Source: Microthrixaceae bacterium (lineage in GTDB: Bacteria > Actinomycetota > Acidimicrobiia > Acidimicrobiales > Microtrichaceae). Taken from it: 64,000 bases of DNA. Position 1 is the stretch's first letter; each line of letters begins with the position of its first letter. The position numbers and the translations under genes were made by a program. Positions 15,201 to 23,893 of this stretch are shown one piece after another. A model generated the notes under the pieces. The model saw nothing but the letters and a program-made list of their open reading frames with translations. It was not told the DNA's origin and made no database searches. Location of the stretch: positions 631 to 64,630 of the forward strand of contig JBMOJH010000004.1 of the NCBI GenBank assembly GCA_049316905.1. Reading direction: 5' to 3'.

Positions 15201-16466
15201 ATGGCCGACATCACCGTGGAGGAGTTCGCCCGGGAAGCCCGCGCCTTCCTCGACGCCAATGCGGAGCGGCGTCCGCCGGCCCAGGAGTTCGTGTGGGGCC
15301 AGGGATCCGACGAGGTGGCGGTCTTCGACGAGAAGGACCGGGCCGCCGAGGCCCGCGAGGCCGAGGAGGCCAAGGAGTGGCGCCGGCTGCGGTTCGACCA
15401 CGGCTTCGGCTGGATCACCGGCCCCGAGAAGTTCGGCGGCCGCGACCTGGGCCAGGCCTACGAGCGGGCCTACGGCTCGGTGGAGAACGAGTACGTGACG
15501 CCCGGGATGGGCATCTTCACGATCAGCCTCGGCATGGTGGCGCCCACGATCCTCGCCCACGCCATCCCGGAGATCCAGGACCTCTACCTGCACGACCTCT
15601 ACCGGGGTGACCGCGTGGCCTGTCAGCTGTTCTCCGAGCCGGGAGCGGGCTCCGACCTGGCCTCCATGCAGACCCGCGCCGTGCGCGACGGCGACGAGTG
15701 GATCATCACCGGCCAGAAGGTGTGGACCTCCAGCGCACACCTGTCCGACATCGGCGAGATCATCTGCCGCACCGACCCCGACCTGCCCAAGCACAAGGGG
15801 CTCACCGGTTTCGTGGTGGACATGCGGGCGCCCGGTGTGGAGATCCGCCCGCTGCGCCAGATGACCGGCGGCGCCAACTTCAACGAGGTCTTCTTCGAGG
15901 AGGTCCGGGTGCCCGACACGCACCGCCTCGGCGACGTGAACCAGGGCTGGACCGTGGCGCTCACGACCCTCATGAACGAGCGTGCCTCCATCGGCGCCGG
16001 GGGCGGCGGTGGCTCGGGCATGTTCGGCCCGCGCCGCATCCACGCCATGCTCGAGGCGTTCGGCCTCGACGAGGATCCGGTCGTCCGCGACGAGGCCGCG
16101 AAGCTCTACAGCGACTTCACCGTGGCCAAGTGGAACAACCAGCGGGCCCTCGACAAGATCAAGGCCGGCGGCCTGCCCGGCCCCGAGCTGTCGACGGCCA
16201 AGCTGGCGCTCACCAACAACCTCAAGGCCTACACCGAGTGGGTCGCCCGGGTGCTCGGCCCGCGGATCACCGCGGACTCGGGCGAGTGGGGCACCTACGC
16301 CTGGTCGAAGATGCTGCTGGGCGTGCCCGGCATGCGGGTCGCCGGCGGCACCGACGAGATCATGAAGAACATCGTCGCCGAGCGCGTCCTGGGGCTGCCG
16401 AAGGACCCGGGCATCGACTCGACCACGCCGTTCAAGGACCTCAGGGTGGGCACCCAGCGCGACTGA
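15201..16466 (+). CDS. Acyl-CoA dehydrogenase
   Basis: Typical ACAD middle and C-terminal domains: QLFSEPGAGSDLASMQTRAVRDGDEWIITGQKVWTS...GGTDEIMKNIVAERVLGLP. Confidence 0.9.
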   Translation: MADITVEEFAREARAFLDANAERRPPAQEFVWGQGSDEVAVFDEKDRAAEAREAEEAKEWRRLRFDHGFGWITGPEKFGGRDLGQAYERAYGSVENEYVTPGMGIFTISLGMVAPTILAHAIPEIQDLYLHDLYRGDRVACQLFSEPGAGSDLASMQTRAVRDGDEWIITGQKVWTSSAHLSDIGEIICRTDPDLPKHKGLTGFVVDMRAPGVEIRPLRQMTGGANFNEVFFEEVRVPDTHRLGDVNQGWTVALTTLMNERASIGAGGGGGSGMFGPRRIHAMLEAFGLDEDPVVRDEAAKLYSDFTVAKWNNQRALDKIKAGGLPGPELSTAKLALTNNLKAYTEWVARVLGPRITADSGEWGTYAWSKMLLGVPGMRVAGGTDEIMKNIVAERVLGLPKDPGIDSTTPFKDLRVGTQRD

Positions 16467-16476
16467 CGGCGGGTCG

Positions 16477-16510
16477 CGGTCGACCGTCAGGAACCGTCGA
16501 CCGTCAGGCG
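16477..16510. repeat. 17-bp tandem duplication (14/17 identical) spanning the cyclase stop codon
   Basis: CGGTCGACCGTCAGGAA (16477-16493) is followed by CCGTCGACCGTCAGGCG (16494-16510). The stop TCA at 16504-16506 is mirrored at 16487-16489. Confidence 0.85.
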
Positions 16511-17253
16511 ACGGTCGAGCCCTCGACCGCCTCGCGACGCACGGCCAGGCACACCACCGCGGGCAGGTCGCCCACGCCCTTGGCGCGCACGCTGCGCCGG
16601 TCGCGCACCTCCACCCAGTCGGGCAGGTGGTCCACGACCGAACCGGAGGCGAGCACCTCGCCGGGCCCGGCGGCCTCGCAGAGGCGTGCTGCCCGGTTGA
16701 CCGAGGGACCCACGTAGTCGTCACCCTCGAAGAGCAGCACCGGCCCGCCGCAGATGCCGGCGTGCACCTCGAAGGGGTCACGGTCGAAGCGGATGGCCAG
16801 CTCGCTCGCGGCGGCCACCACCGGCCCCGGCTCCGTGCCGACCAGCATCACGCCGTCTCCGAGCCACTTCAGCACCCGGACTCCCCGGCGGGCCGTGACG
16901 GTGCGGACCGCGCCACGGAACCGGCTGAGCACGTCGATCGCGGCGCGGGCGCCGTGGGTGTCGGTGAAGGAGGTGAACCCGCTGACGTCGATGAAGGCGA
17001 ACCAGCGCTCGAGCATCCGCACGACCTCGAGGTCCTCCGGCACGGGCGGACCGGTGCCGCGGGGGTCGTCGGACACGGGCGGGGTGGGGGCCTCACGCGG
17101 ACCGCCGAAGCGCACGCCGCGGGTGGGCTGCTCACCGGAGGACTCCGACTCGACCGCGCCGGCGGCGTCCGCGGTGGACGGGTGGCCGGCCGTGTCCTGG
17201 CGAGCCGTGTCGTCCAGGGCGGTGCCGTTCAGGGCCGAATCGTTCCGGAGCAT
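16504..17253 (-). CDS. Class III adenylate/guanylate cyclase, catalytic domain only
   Basis: Matching region: FIDVSGFTSFTDTHG...KWLGDGVMLVG...VGPSVNRAARL. The start is trimmed to MLRNDSALNG (CAT 17251-17253). The N-terminal approximately 75 aa look disordered. Confidence 0.8.
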   Translation of the reverse strand: MLRNDSALNGTALDDTARQDTAGHPSTADAAGAVESESSGEQPTRGVRFGGPREAPTPPVSDDPRGTGPPVPEDLEVVRMLERWFAFIDVSGFTSFTDTHGARAAIDVLSRFRGAVRTVTARRGVRVLKWLGDGVMLVGTEPGPVVAAASELAIRFDRDPFEVHAGICGGPVLLFEGDDYVGPSVNRAARLCEAAGPGEVLASGSVVDHLPDWVEVRDRRSVRAKGVGDLPAVVCLAVRREAVEGSTVA

Positions 17254-17389
17254 GCGCCGACCGTCCTTCCGGTCTCCTCGTCGAGACCACTGTCGAGGGT
17301 ACTGCGAACTCGTGCAAGCACTCACTCGCGATCGTGAGCAGGAGTTCACGGTCGGTTGCCCGGGCGTTCACAGAGGAACCCCCGGGGGC

Positions 17390-18058
17390 TCAGAACAGGG
17401 TCGCCTGCTCCTGCGGGCCCGGCAGCCGCAGCCCGGGCCACGGCGTGGAGTCCATGAACGCCCAGGTACGGCGGTGCACGGCGGTCGGGCCGTAACCCTT
17501 CAGGGCCAGCTTGTGGCGGGGGCACGGGTAGCCCTTGTTGCGGTCGAAGTCGTAGGCCGGGAACGAGTCCGACCAGCTCCGCATGATCCGGTCCCGGCCC
17601 ACCTTGGCCAGGATCGAGGCCGCCGCAATGGAAAGGCAGTGGGTGTCGCCCTTGACCAGGGTGCGCGTGAGGCCGCCGCCGACGAAGTCCCACGAGCCGT
17701 CGACGAGGACCGCGTCGGGTTCCAGCCCGAGGCCGTCGAGCGCCCGGCGCGCCGCGAGGCGCTGCGCGGCCGACATGCCGAGCTCGTCGCACTCCTCGTG
17801 GCTCGCGTGCCCGACCGACCAGGCCACGCACCAGTCGGCGACCCGGTCGAACAGCTGCTCCCGCCGTGCCTCGGTCAGCTGCTTGGAGTCCCGCACGCCG
17901 TAGACCCGCCGGTCCGCGGGCAGCACCACCGCGCCCACCGTGAGCGGGCCGGCCCAGGCACCGCGGCCCACCTCGTCGACGCCCACCACGACCTCGCGAC
18001 CCTCCGCCCAGAGCTCCTTCTCGATGCGGAGGGTGGGACCGGGCCGACGCCGTGCCAT
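17390..18058 (-). CDS. rnhB: Ribonuclease HII
   Basis: Matching region: GVDEVGRGAWAGPLTVGAVVL...DSKQLTEARRE...ASILAKVGRD. The start is trimmed to MARRRPGPTLRIEKEL (CAT 18056-18058). Confidence 0.9.
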   Translation of the reverse strand: MARRRPGPTLRIEKELWAEGREVVVGVDEVGRGAWAGPLTVGAVVLPADRRVYGVRDSKQLTEARREQLFDRVADWCVAWSVGHASHEECDELGMSAAQRLAARRALDGLGLEPDAVLVDGSWDFVGGGLTRTLVKGDTHCLSIAAASILAKVGRDRIMRSWSDSFPAYDFDRNKGYPCPRHKLALKGYGPTAVHRRTWAFMDSTPWPGLRLPGPQEQATLF

Positions 18059-18088
18059 CGCCGCAACGTACCCCGCACCGAACCCCCG

Positions 18089-18143
18089 GTCGCTCCCGCG
18101 TCGCTCCCGCATCGCTCCCGCGTCGCGCCCGCGTCACGCCCGT
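18089..18143. repeat. 11-bp tandem repeat GTCGCTCCCGC x5 (last two copies diverged) upstream of rnhB
   Basis: Read directly: copies at 18089, 18100, 18111, 18122 and 18133. It lies 31-85 nt upstream of the rnhB start. Confidence 0.9.
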
Positions 18144-18360
18144 GTGAACGACCGGTGAAGCCTGAACCGGTGGTCAGGACTCCGCCTTGACCGGTCGCCG
18201 GTCGACACCGATGATGGGATCGTCCTCAACTGCAACACGGGTACCGGCCGAAGGGAGATCGGCGGGTACCTCCGGCCGGTGGCCCGAGGACGTCGCCACC
18301 GGCCCAAGGGCGACCCACGGGTTCCGGACCGGACGGTGCGAACGAGGGGTCAACGACGGG

Positions 18361-18573
18361 ATGAGCGAGATGACGGTGGAGACGCAGGACGGAGTCGTCC
18401 TGGGTGTGGGATCACGGGTCCAGGTGCGCAGCCGCTTCGACCGGCGCTGGACCAGGGGGTTCAGCGTGGCGGCGGTGGATGCCGACGCCTACCAGCTGCG
18501 ACGCGAGTCCGACGGCGCGGTGCTGCCCGCCTGGTTCGCGGCGGACGACGTGCGGGCGGTCGGCGCGGCCTGA
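18361..18573 (+). CDS. Small conserved-looking protein (70 aa), unknown function
   Basis: ATG 18361 begins MSEMTVETQDGVVLGVGSRVQVRSRFDRRWTRGFSVAAVDADAYQLRRESDGAVLPAWFAADDVRAVGAA. GC3 is high after 18361 and clearly lower in the 18187-18360 part of the track ORF. Confidence 0.5.
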   Translation: MSEMTVETQDGVVLGVGSRVQVRSRFDRRWTRGFSVAAVDADAYQLRRESDGAVLPAWFAADDVRAVGAA

Positions 18574-18634
18574 CGCCCACGGCCGCGGACCGGGCCTCCG
18601 GTCCGGTTCGGCGCCACCAGTACGATCCCAGGCC

Positions 18635-21397
18635 ATGACCGAGGTCCACGTCGTCCCGCACACCCACTGGGACCGCGAGTGGTACTCGCCGTTCCCCACG
18701 TTCCGACTGCGGCTCGTGGACCTGCTCGACGAGCTCCTCCCCCGCCTCGAGGCCGACGCGGCCTTCACCCACTTCCAGCTCGACGGCCAGATGGCCGTGG
18801 TCGACGACTACCTGGCGCTCCGTCCCGAGGAGGCCGACCGCCTCCGCCGCCTCGCCGCCGCCGGCCGGCTCTCGATGGGCCCGTGGTACGTGCTGCCCGA
18901 CGAGTTCCTCGTCTCCGGCGAGACCCACGTGCGCAACCTGCAGCTCGGCCTCCGCCGCGCCGCGGACTTCGGCGGCGCCATGCAGGTGGGTTATCTGCCC
19001 GACATGTTCGGCCACGTGGCCCAGATGCCGCAGCTCCTGCGGCTCTTCGGCTTCGAGCACGCCGTGGTGTGGCGCGGCGTGCCGGCCTCGGTCACCGCAC
19101 CCGCCTTCTGGTGGGAGGCGCCCGACGGCTCCCGGGTGCGCGCCGAGTACCTGCCCGGCGGCTACGGCAACGGCTCCGAGCTCCCCGAGGACCCGGAGGG
19201 CGTCCGGGCCAAGCTCGACCTCTTCCGAGCGCTGCAGGGCCCGCTTGCCGGGGACCCGCTGCTGCTCATGGCCGGGATGGACCACGAGGTCCCGCCCGCG
19301 CATCTCACCGCCGCGGTCAACGCGCTCGACGCCCTCGACGCCGGTCGCAACGGCGACGGGTACCACCTGCGCATCGGCTCGCTCGCCGAGTTCCTCGCCG
19401 CGGCCCCCACCGACGACCTGGCCGTGGTGCGCGGGGAGCTGCGATCGGGCGCGCGGGCCAACGTACTCATGGGCGTGGCATCCACCCGCGTGGACCTGAA
19501 GCAGGCCGCGGCCCGGGCCGAGCGCACGCTCGAGCGCCGCGCCGAGCCCCTCGCCGCGGTCTGGCTCCCCGCGCCGGACCGCTGGCGGCCCCTGCTCGCC
19601 GCCGCCTGGCTCGAGGTCATCCGCAACGCCGCGCACGACTCGATCTGCGCGTGCAGCCACGACGAGGTGATCGACGCGGTGCTGCACCGCTACGCCGAGG
19701 CGGTCCGTACCGGCGAGGGCATCGCCGAACGGGCCGTCGCCGCGGCGGGTGCGCGGTTCGCCGAGCCGGGCACGGTGGTCCTCAACCCGTCGGCCCGCGA
19801 ACGCGCCGGCGTCGTGGAGCTCACGGTGCCCGGTCCCTTCCCGGGCGACCCCGACGACGACGCCCGACTGCAGGTGCTCGAGGCGTTCCCGGCCGTGGAG
19901 CAGCTCGCACTCCTCGACGCCGCGGACGCCCCGTTGAAGGTGGCCACCACGATGCTCGTGGACCATCCCTCCACGCGGGCGGTGCGCCTGGTGGAGTCGG
20001 CCGACGACGACGGCGCGGTGCTCGAGGCCCACCTGCTCACCGCCCGCGACACCGACACGCTCAGCCCCACCGACGGCCTCGGTGAGGTGGGCCGGCGCTG
20101 CGCGGAGTCCCCCGCACTGCGCGTGGCGCTGGTCCTGCACCGCGCGGAGCCGTTCCGCCGGGCGCTCGTGTCGAGCGGCCCGGTGCCCGGCCTCGGCTGG
20201 ACGCGCTGGCGGCCCATGGCGCCGGAGCACCCGGTCACCGCGCTCGGCGGGCACGGCCTGTCGAACGACCTGGTCACCGTCGAGGTGGACCCGTCCGACG
20301 GCACGTTCGCGCTCGACGGCCGCCCCGGCTTCGGCCGTCTCGTCGACCAGGGCGACGCGGGCGACTCCTACAACTGGTGCCCGCCCGAGGACGACGTGGT
20401 CGTCGACCGTCCGGTCGAGGTGGAGGTGGAGCGCACCGAGACCGGGCCGATGCGGGGCCGCGTGGTGGTGCGCAGCACCTGGGACCTGCCGGAGCGGTGC
20501 GTCACCGAGAACGGCACGGACACCCCGGCGGTGGGCGACCGCCACTACCGCCGTAGCGGCCTCGTCCGGACCGTGATCACGACCACGTTGGAACTGCGCG
20601 CGGACGAGCCCTTCGTCCGCCTCGAGCTCGCCTGGGACCAGCGCAGCCGCGACCACCGCCTGCGGCTGCACCTTCCGCTCCCCCACCGGACCGACCGCTC
20701 GTTCGCGGAGTGCGCGTACGACGTGGTCGAGCGGCCCCTCTGGGTGGAGGGCGGCCCGAACGAGTGGGGCCTGCCGACCTTCCCGTCGCGGCGCTTCGTG
20801 CGCGCCGGTGGTCTCACGGTCACCCACGAGGGCCTCTGCGAGTACGAGCTGGTCGGCCTGGACCGGGAGGTGGAGCTCGGCGTGGCCCCGCCGCACGGCA
20901 CCACGGCCGGCGAGCTGGCCCTGACGCTCGTGCGGTCCACCGGGTGGCTGAGCCGTGACCCCATGCCCTCCCGGCCGTTGCCCGCGGGCCCCTACGACCG
21001 GCTCGAGGGGACGCAGACCCTCACCCCGCTGCGGCTGCGGCTCGCACTGCAGCACGACGGCGGGCCCGGCGCGCTCGACCCGCACGTGCTGGCCGACCGG
21101 GCATGGAACCCGCTCGAGGTGGTGACCGCCCCGGGCGGCGGCGGGCTCGGCCCCGACGGCACGCACCTCGAGCTCACCGGACCCGGCGACGGCTCGGTGG
21201 AGGTGGACGCCGTGCTCCGCGACGACGAGGGCCGGCTGGTGGTCCGGGCCCACGAACCGTGGGGGCGCGAGGCGAGCCTCGGCCTGCCGGGGCGAACGGG
21301 TTGGCTCGTCGACCTGCAGGGTCAGGAGCTCGAGCCGTTCCGCGACTCGGTGGCCCTGGGGCCGCACCGCATCGTGACCCTGCGCATCGACGACTGA
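18635..21397 (+). CDS. Glycoside hydrolase family 38 alpha-mannosidase-like
   Basis: Track ORF 18404..21397 trimmed to MTEVHVVPHTHWDREWY (ATG 18635). This is the GH38 N-terminal metal-site motif. Length is 920 aa. Confidence 0.85.
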   Translation: MTEVHVVPHTHWDREWYSPFPTFRLRLVDLLDELLPRLEADAAFTHFQLDGQMAVVDDYLALRPEEADRLRRLAAAGRLSMGPWYVLPDEFLVSGETHVRNLQLGLRRAADFGGAMQVGYLPDMFGHVAQMPQLLRLFGFEHAVVWRGVPASVTAPAFWWEAPDGSRVRAEYLPGGYGNGSELPEDPEGVRAKLDLFRALQGPLAGDPLLLMAGMDHEVPPAHLTAAVNALDALDAGRNGDGYHLRIGSLAEFLAAAPTDDLAVVRGELRSGARANVLMGVASTRVDLKQAAARAERTLERRAEPLAAVWLPAPDRWRPLLAAAWLEVIRNAAHDSICACSHDEVIDAVLHRYAEAVRTGEGIAERAVAAAGARFAEPGTVVLNPSARERAGVVELTVPGPFPGDPDDDARLQVLEAFPAVEQLALLDAADAPLKVATTMLVDHPSTRAVRLVESADDDGAVLEAHLLTARDTDTLSPTDGLGEVGRRCAESPALRVALVLHRAEPFRRALVSSGPVPGLGWTRWRPMAPEHPVTALGGHGLSNDLVTVEVDPSDGTFALDGRPGFGRLVDQGDAGDSYNWCPPEDDVVVDRPVEVEVERTETGPMRGRVVVRSTWDLPERCVTENGTDTPAVGDRHYRRSGLVRTVITTTLELRADEPFVRLELAWDQRSRDHRLRLHLPLPHRTDRSFAECAYDVVERPLWVEGGPNEWGLPTFPSRRFVRAGGLTVTHEGLCEYELVGLDREVELGVAPPHGTTAGELALTLVRSTGWLSRDPMPSRPLPAGPYDRLEGTQTLTPLRLRLALQHDGGPGALDPHVLADRAWNPLEVVTAPGGGGLGPDGTHLELTGPGDGSVEVDAVLRDDEGRLVVRAHEPWGREASLGLPGRTGWLVDLQGQELEPFRDSVALGPHRIVTLRIDD

Positions 21398-21411
21398 CCG
21401 AGCGGCCGGGC

Positions 21412-22584
21412 TCAGGCGCCGATCGACACGACCGCGCGCAGCTCGACCGACATCCGCACCACCGAGCGGGCGACGTCGCGCGCCGCGGCGGACCAGACCG
21501 CGGCCCGTTCGCCGCAGACCGCCACGGGCTCGGTGGCCGCCTCCTCGAGGAGCGCGGCCATCCGCGCGAGCGCCGCGGCGAGCGCGGGGGTGGTCCGCGG
21601 CGGGTCACCCGCGATCGCGCCCGGCTCTCCCGCGGCCCGCGCCACCCCGTCCGCGTCCCCCTCGGCGACGGCTGCCAGCGTGGCCACCAGCGCCGCCCGG
21701 TGGGCCGCGGCCAGGTCCTCGCCCGGCAGCACCCCCGCGCCGTGCGGGGTGCTGCACGTGTCGAACACGTACGCGCTGCGGTGGTCCATCTCCGAGCGGA
21801 ACCACCAGCGCTGGGCCGGGTCGTGGAGGAAGGTCCAGATGTCGTTGATCGCCATGTCGTCGTCGCGGTCGAGGAACGACCCGGTGGGCAGCCCGTAGCG
21901 GAGCTGCACCCGCCGGCGGTCCACGCTCCGGCCGTCGGCGAGCACCAGCGGCGCGACCACCTGCTGCAGCGGGATCCAGATGTTGGCGAGCATGATCGCC
22001 GCGGTGTCGTTGCGCCCGTCGGGTGAGTCGTGGCGGAGCAGCTCGGGGGCCCGGCCGTCCATCAGCTGGGTGAGCGGGGTGCCGAACACGTCCTGGTCCG
22101 CGTGGACCGAGGTGGAGGGGCCGTGCTCGTTCATCCCGTGCGGGCGGTCGCCGATCACCTTCGTGCGGTCGGGCCCCGAAGCTCGCAGGATCAGGCCCTC
22201 GTCGGCCACGTACGACACGGTGACCGAGCCACCGCCGGCGCACGGCAGCACCGCGCCGTCGAGCGCGGAGCGGATCGCCGCGGCATCGGCATCGGAGAGG
22301 CGGCCCGTCGCCCGGACCCCGACGAGGGTTCGCTGCAGGTCCGTCAGTCCCGACAGGTCCGCCGTGTCGACCCCGCCGTCGGTGAGGCGGGGGCCCGGTT
22401 CGTCGGCGTACACCCAGTCGGTGGCCTCGCAGCGGTGGAACTCCACCGTCTCGCCGCCGTAGGGGGCCGAGGCCCGCGGCCCGGCCCGGAGCAGGCCCGG
22501 GCGGTCGGGATCGGGGATGGCCACGGTCGAGGGCAGGAAACCGAGCTCCACCGGGTAGGTCGCGTCGGCCACGGTCACGGACAT
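21412..22584 (-). CDS. CmcJ/AsaB-like non-haem-iron oxygenase-family protein with extra N-terminal region (tentative)
   Basis: This is the C-terminal 391 aa of track ORF 21412..24408, starting at MSVTVADATYP (CAT 22582-22584). Motifs: SVHADQD (HxD), ANIWIPLQQVVAPLVLADGRSV, and the distal TPHGAG. Confidence 0.55.
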   Translation of the reverse strand: MSVTVADATYPVELGFLPSTVAIPDPDRPGLLRAGPRASAPYGGETVEFHRCEATDWVYADEPGPRLTDGGVDTADLSGLTDLQRTLVGVRATGRLSDADAAAIRSALDGAVLPCAGGGSVTVSYVADEGLILRASGPDRTKVIGDRPHGMNEHGPSTSVHADQDVFGTPLTQLMDGRAPELLRHDSPDGRNDTAAIMLANIWIPLQQVVAPLVLADGRSVDRRRVQLRYGLPTGSFLDRDDDMAINDIWTFLHDPAQRWWFRSEMDHRSAYVFDTCSTPHGAGVLPGEDLAAAHRAALVATLAAVAEGDADGVARAAGEPGAIAGDPPRTTPALAAALARMAALLEEAATEPVAVCGERAAVWSAAARDVARSVVRMSVELRAVVSIGA

Positions 22585-22613
22585 GGGGCAATGGTAGGGC
22601 GGCGCCGTGGCCC

Positions 22614-22632
22614 GGGACTCTGCGAGACTCCC
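22614..22632. promoter_or_regulatory. Near-palindrome GGGACTCT-gcg-AGACTCCC immediately upstream of the P450 start
   Basis: Read directly: 7 of 8 arm positions are complementary, and it ends 4 nt before ATG 22636. Confidence 0.25.
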
Positions 22633-22635
22633 GGC

Positions 22636-23889
22636 ATGGCCACGGGGACCGACCAGCTCAGCGCCGAGGAGGCCGACGGCCTGCTCGCCTCGACGATCAT
22701 GACCGACGAGGGCCGGCAGGACCCGTACACCGCCTACGCCCGGTTGCGGGCCGGCGCGCCCCGATGGCGCAGCGGGTTCGGCTCGATCGTCCTCACCCGC
22801 TATGCGGACGGCCTCGAGGCGCTGCGCCACCCGAAGCTGGGCCGCCCCGAGGCCGACATGGACGCCCCCGCCACGCTCAGCGGGCGCGAGCCCCGCCGGG
22901 CCGAGGACGAGGTGACCATGCTGTTCCTCAACCCGCCGGACCACACCCGCATCCGGGGCCTGGTCAGCCGGGCGTTCACCCCCCGCCGCGTCGAGGCACT
23001 GCGCCCGCGGATCGCGGAGATCCTCGACCCGGTGCTGGACCGCCTCGCGGACGGCGGGGACGTGATGACCGAGCTGGCGGTCCCGTTCCCGGTGACGGTG
23101 ATCTCGGAGCTGCTCGGGGTGCCGAGCGAGGGCAACGAGCACATCCGGCCCCTCGTGCACGCGATCACCGCCTTCATCGACCCGGCCGCCGACGAGGCCA
23201 CGTTGGAGCGGGCCGCGGAGGCCGGCCTGGAACTGGTCGCCTACTTCACCGACCTCATCGCCGAGAAGCGGGCCCACCCCGACGACCGGCTGCTGAGCGC
23301 GCTGATCGAGGTGGAGGAGGCGGGCGACCGGTTGAGCTTCGAGGAGCTCATGGGCAACACGCTCCTCCTGTACGCGGCTGGCTTCGAGACCACGTCGAAC
23401 CTGATCGGCAACGGGCTGTGGCTGTTCCTGCGCAACCCCGCGGAGTGGGACCGCCTGCGAGCCGACCGTTCGCTCCTCCCGTCGGCCGTGTGGGAGATCC
23501 TGCGGGCGGACTCGCCGGTGCAGCTCAACACCCGGTCGGTACTCGAGCCGGTGGAACTGTTCGGTGAGGTGCACCCACGGGGCACGAACTTCATCGTCCT
23601 GCAGGGGTGCGGCAACCACGACGAGGACGTGTACCCCGATCCGGGCCGCTTCGACGTGGGCCGGTTCGTGGGCGACACGCCGCCGCCGCTGAGCTTCGGC
23701 TGGGGGGCGCACCACTGCCTGGGTGCGCACCTGGCCCGGGCGGAAGGAGAGATCGCCTTCGGCGCGCTGCTCGACCGATTCCCGCGGCTCGAGCTCGACA
23801 CCGACGCGCTCGGCGGCGCGGACGCGCCCCGCTACCGGCCGAGCTTCACGTTGCGGGGCCTGGCGTCGCTGCCGGTCCGGGTGGCCTGA
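22636..23889 (+). CDS. Cytochrome P450
   Basis: Haem-binding motif FGWGAHHCLGAHLA, I-helix AAGFETTSN and ExxR (EILR). The start is trimmed to MATGTDQLSAEEADGLL. Confidence 0.9.
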   Translation: MATGTDQLSAEEADGLLASTIMTDEGRQDPYTAYARLRAGAPRWRSGFGSIVLTRYADGLEALRHPKLGRPEADMDAPATLSGREPRRAEDEVTMLFLNPPDHTRIRGLVSRAFTPRRVEALRPRIAEILDPVLDRLADGGDVMTELAVPFPVTVISELLGVPSEGNEHIRPLVHAITAFIDPAADEATLERAAEAGLELVAYFTDLIAEKRAHPDDRLLSALIEVEEAGDRLSFEELMGNTLLLYAAGFETTSNLIGNGLWLFLRNPAEWDRLRADRSLLPSAVWEILRADSPVQLNTRSVLEPVELFGEVHPRGTNFIVLQGCGNHDEDVYPDPGRFDVGRFVGDTPPPLSFGWGAHHCLGAHLARAEGEIAFGALLDRFPRLELDTDALGGADAPRYRPSFTLRGLASLPVRVA

Positions 23890-23893
23890 CCGG

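Noticed and set aside
16504-17253. The stand-alone minimal class III nucleotide cyclase as a Pycsar-type anti-phage cyclase.
   Set aside because: No adjacent effector with a cNMP-binding, TIR or TM-effector domain is present. Its neighbours are rnhB and a convergent acyl-CoA dehydrogenase gene. Nothing else in the context suggests defence.
17321-17338. CTCAC-tcgcgatc-GTGAG dyad upstream of the cyclase gene as an operator.
   Set aside because: The arms are only 5 bp and cannot be extended. That is too weak to report as a feature.
18187-18360. The N-terminal 58 codons of track ORF 18187..18573.
   Set aside because: Third-position G+C is visibly lower than in the region after ATG 18361, and the translation is low complexity. 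I treat it as 5' non-coding sequence.
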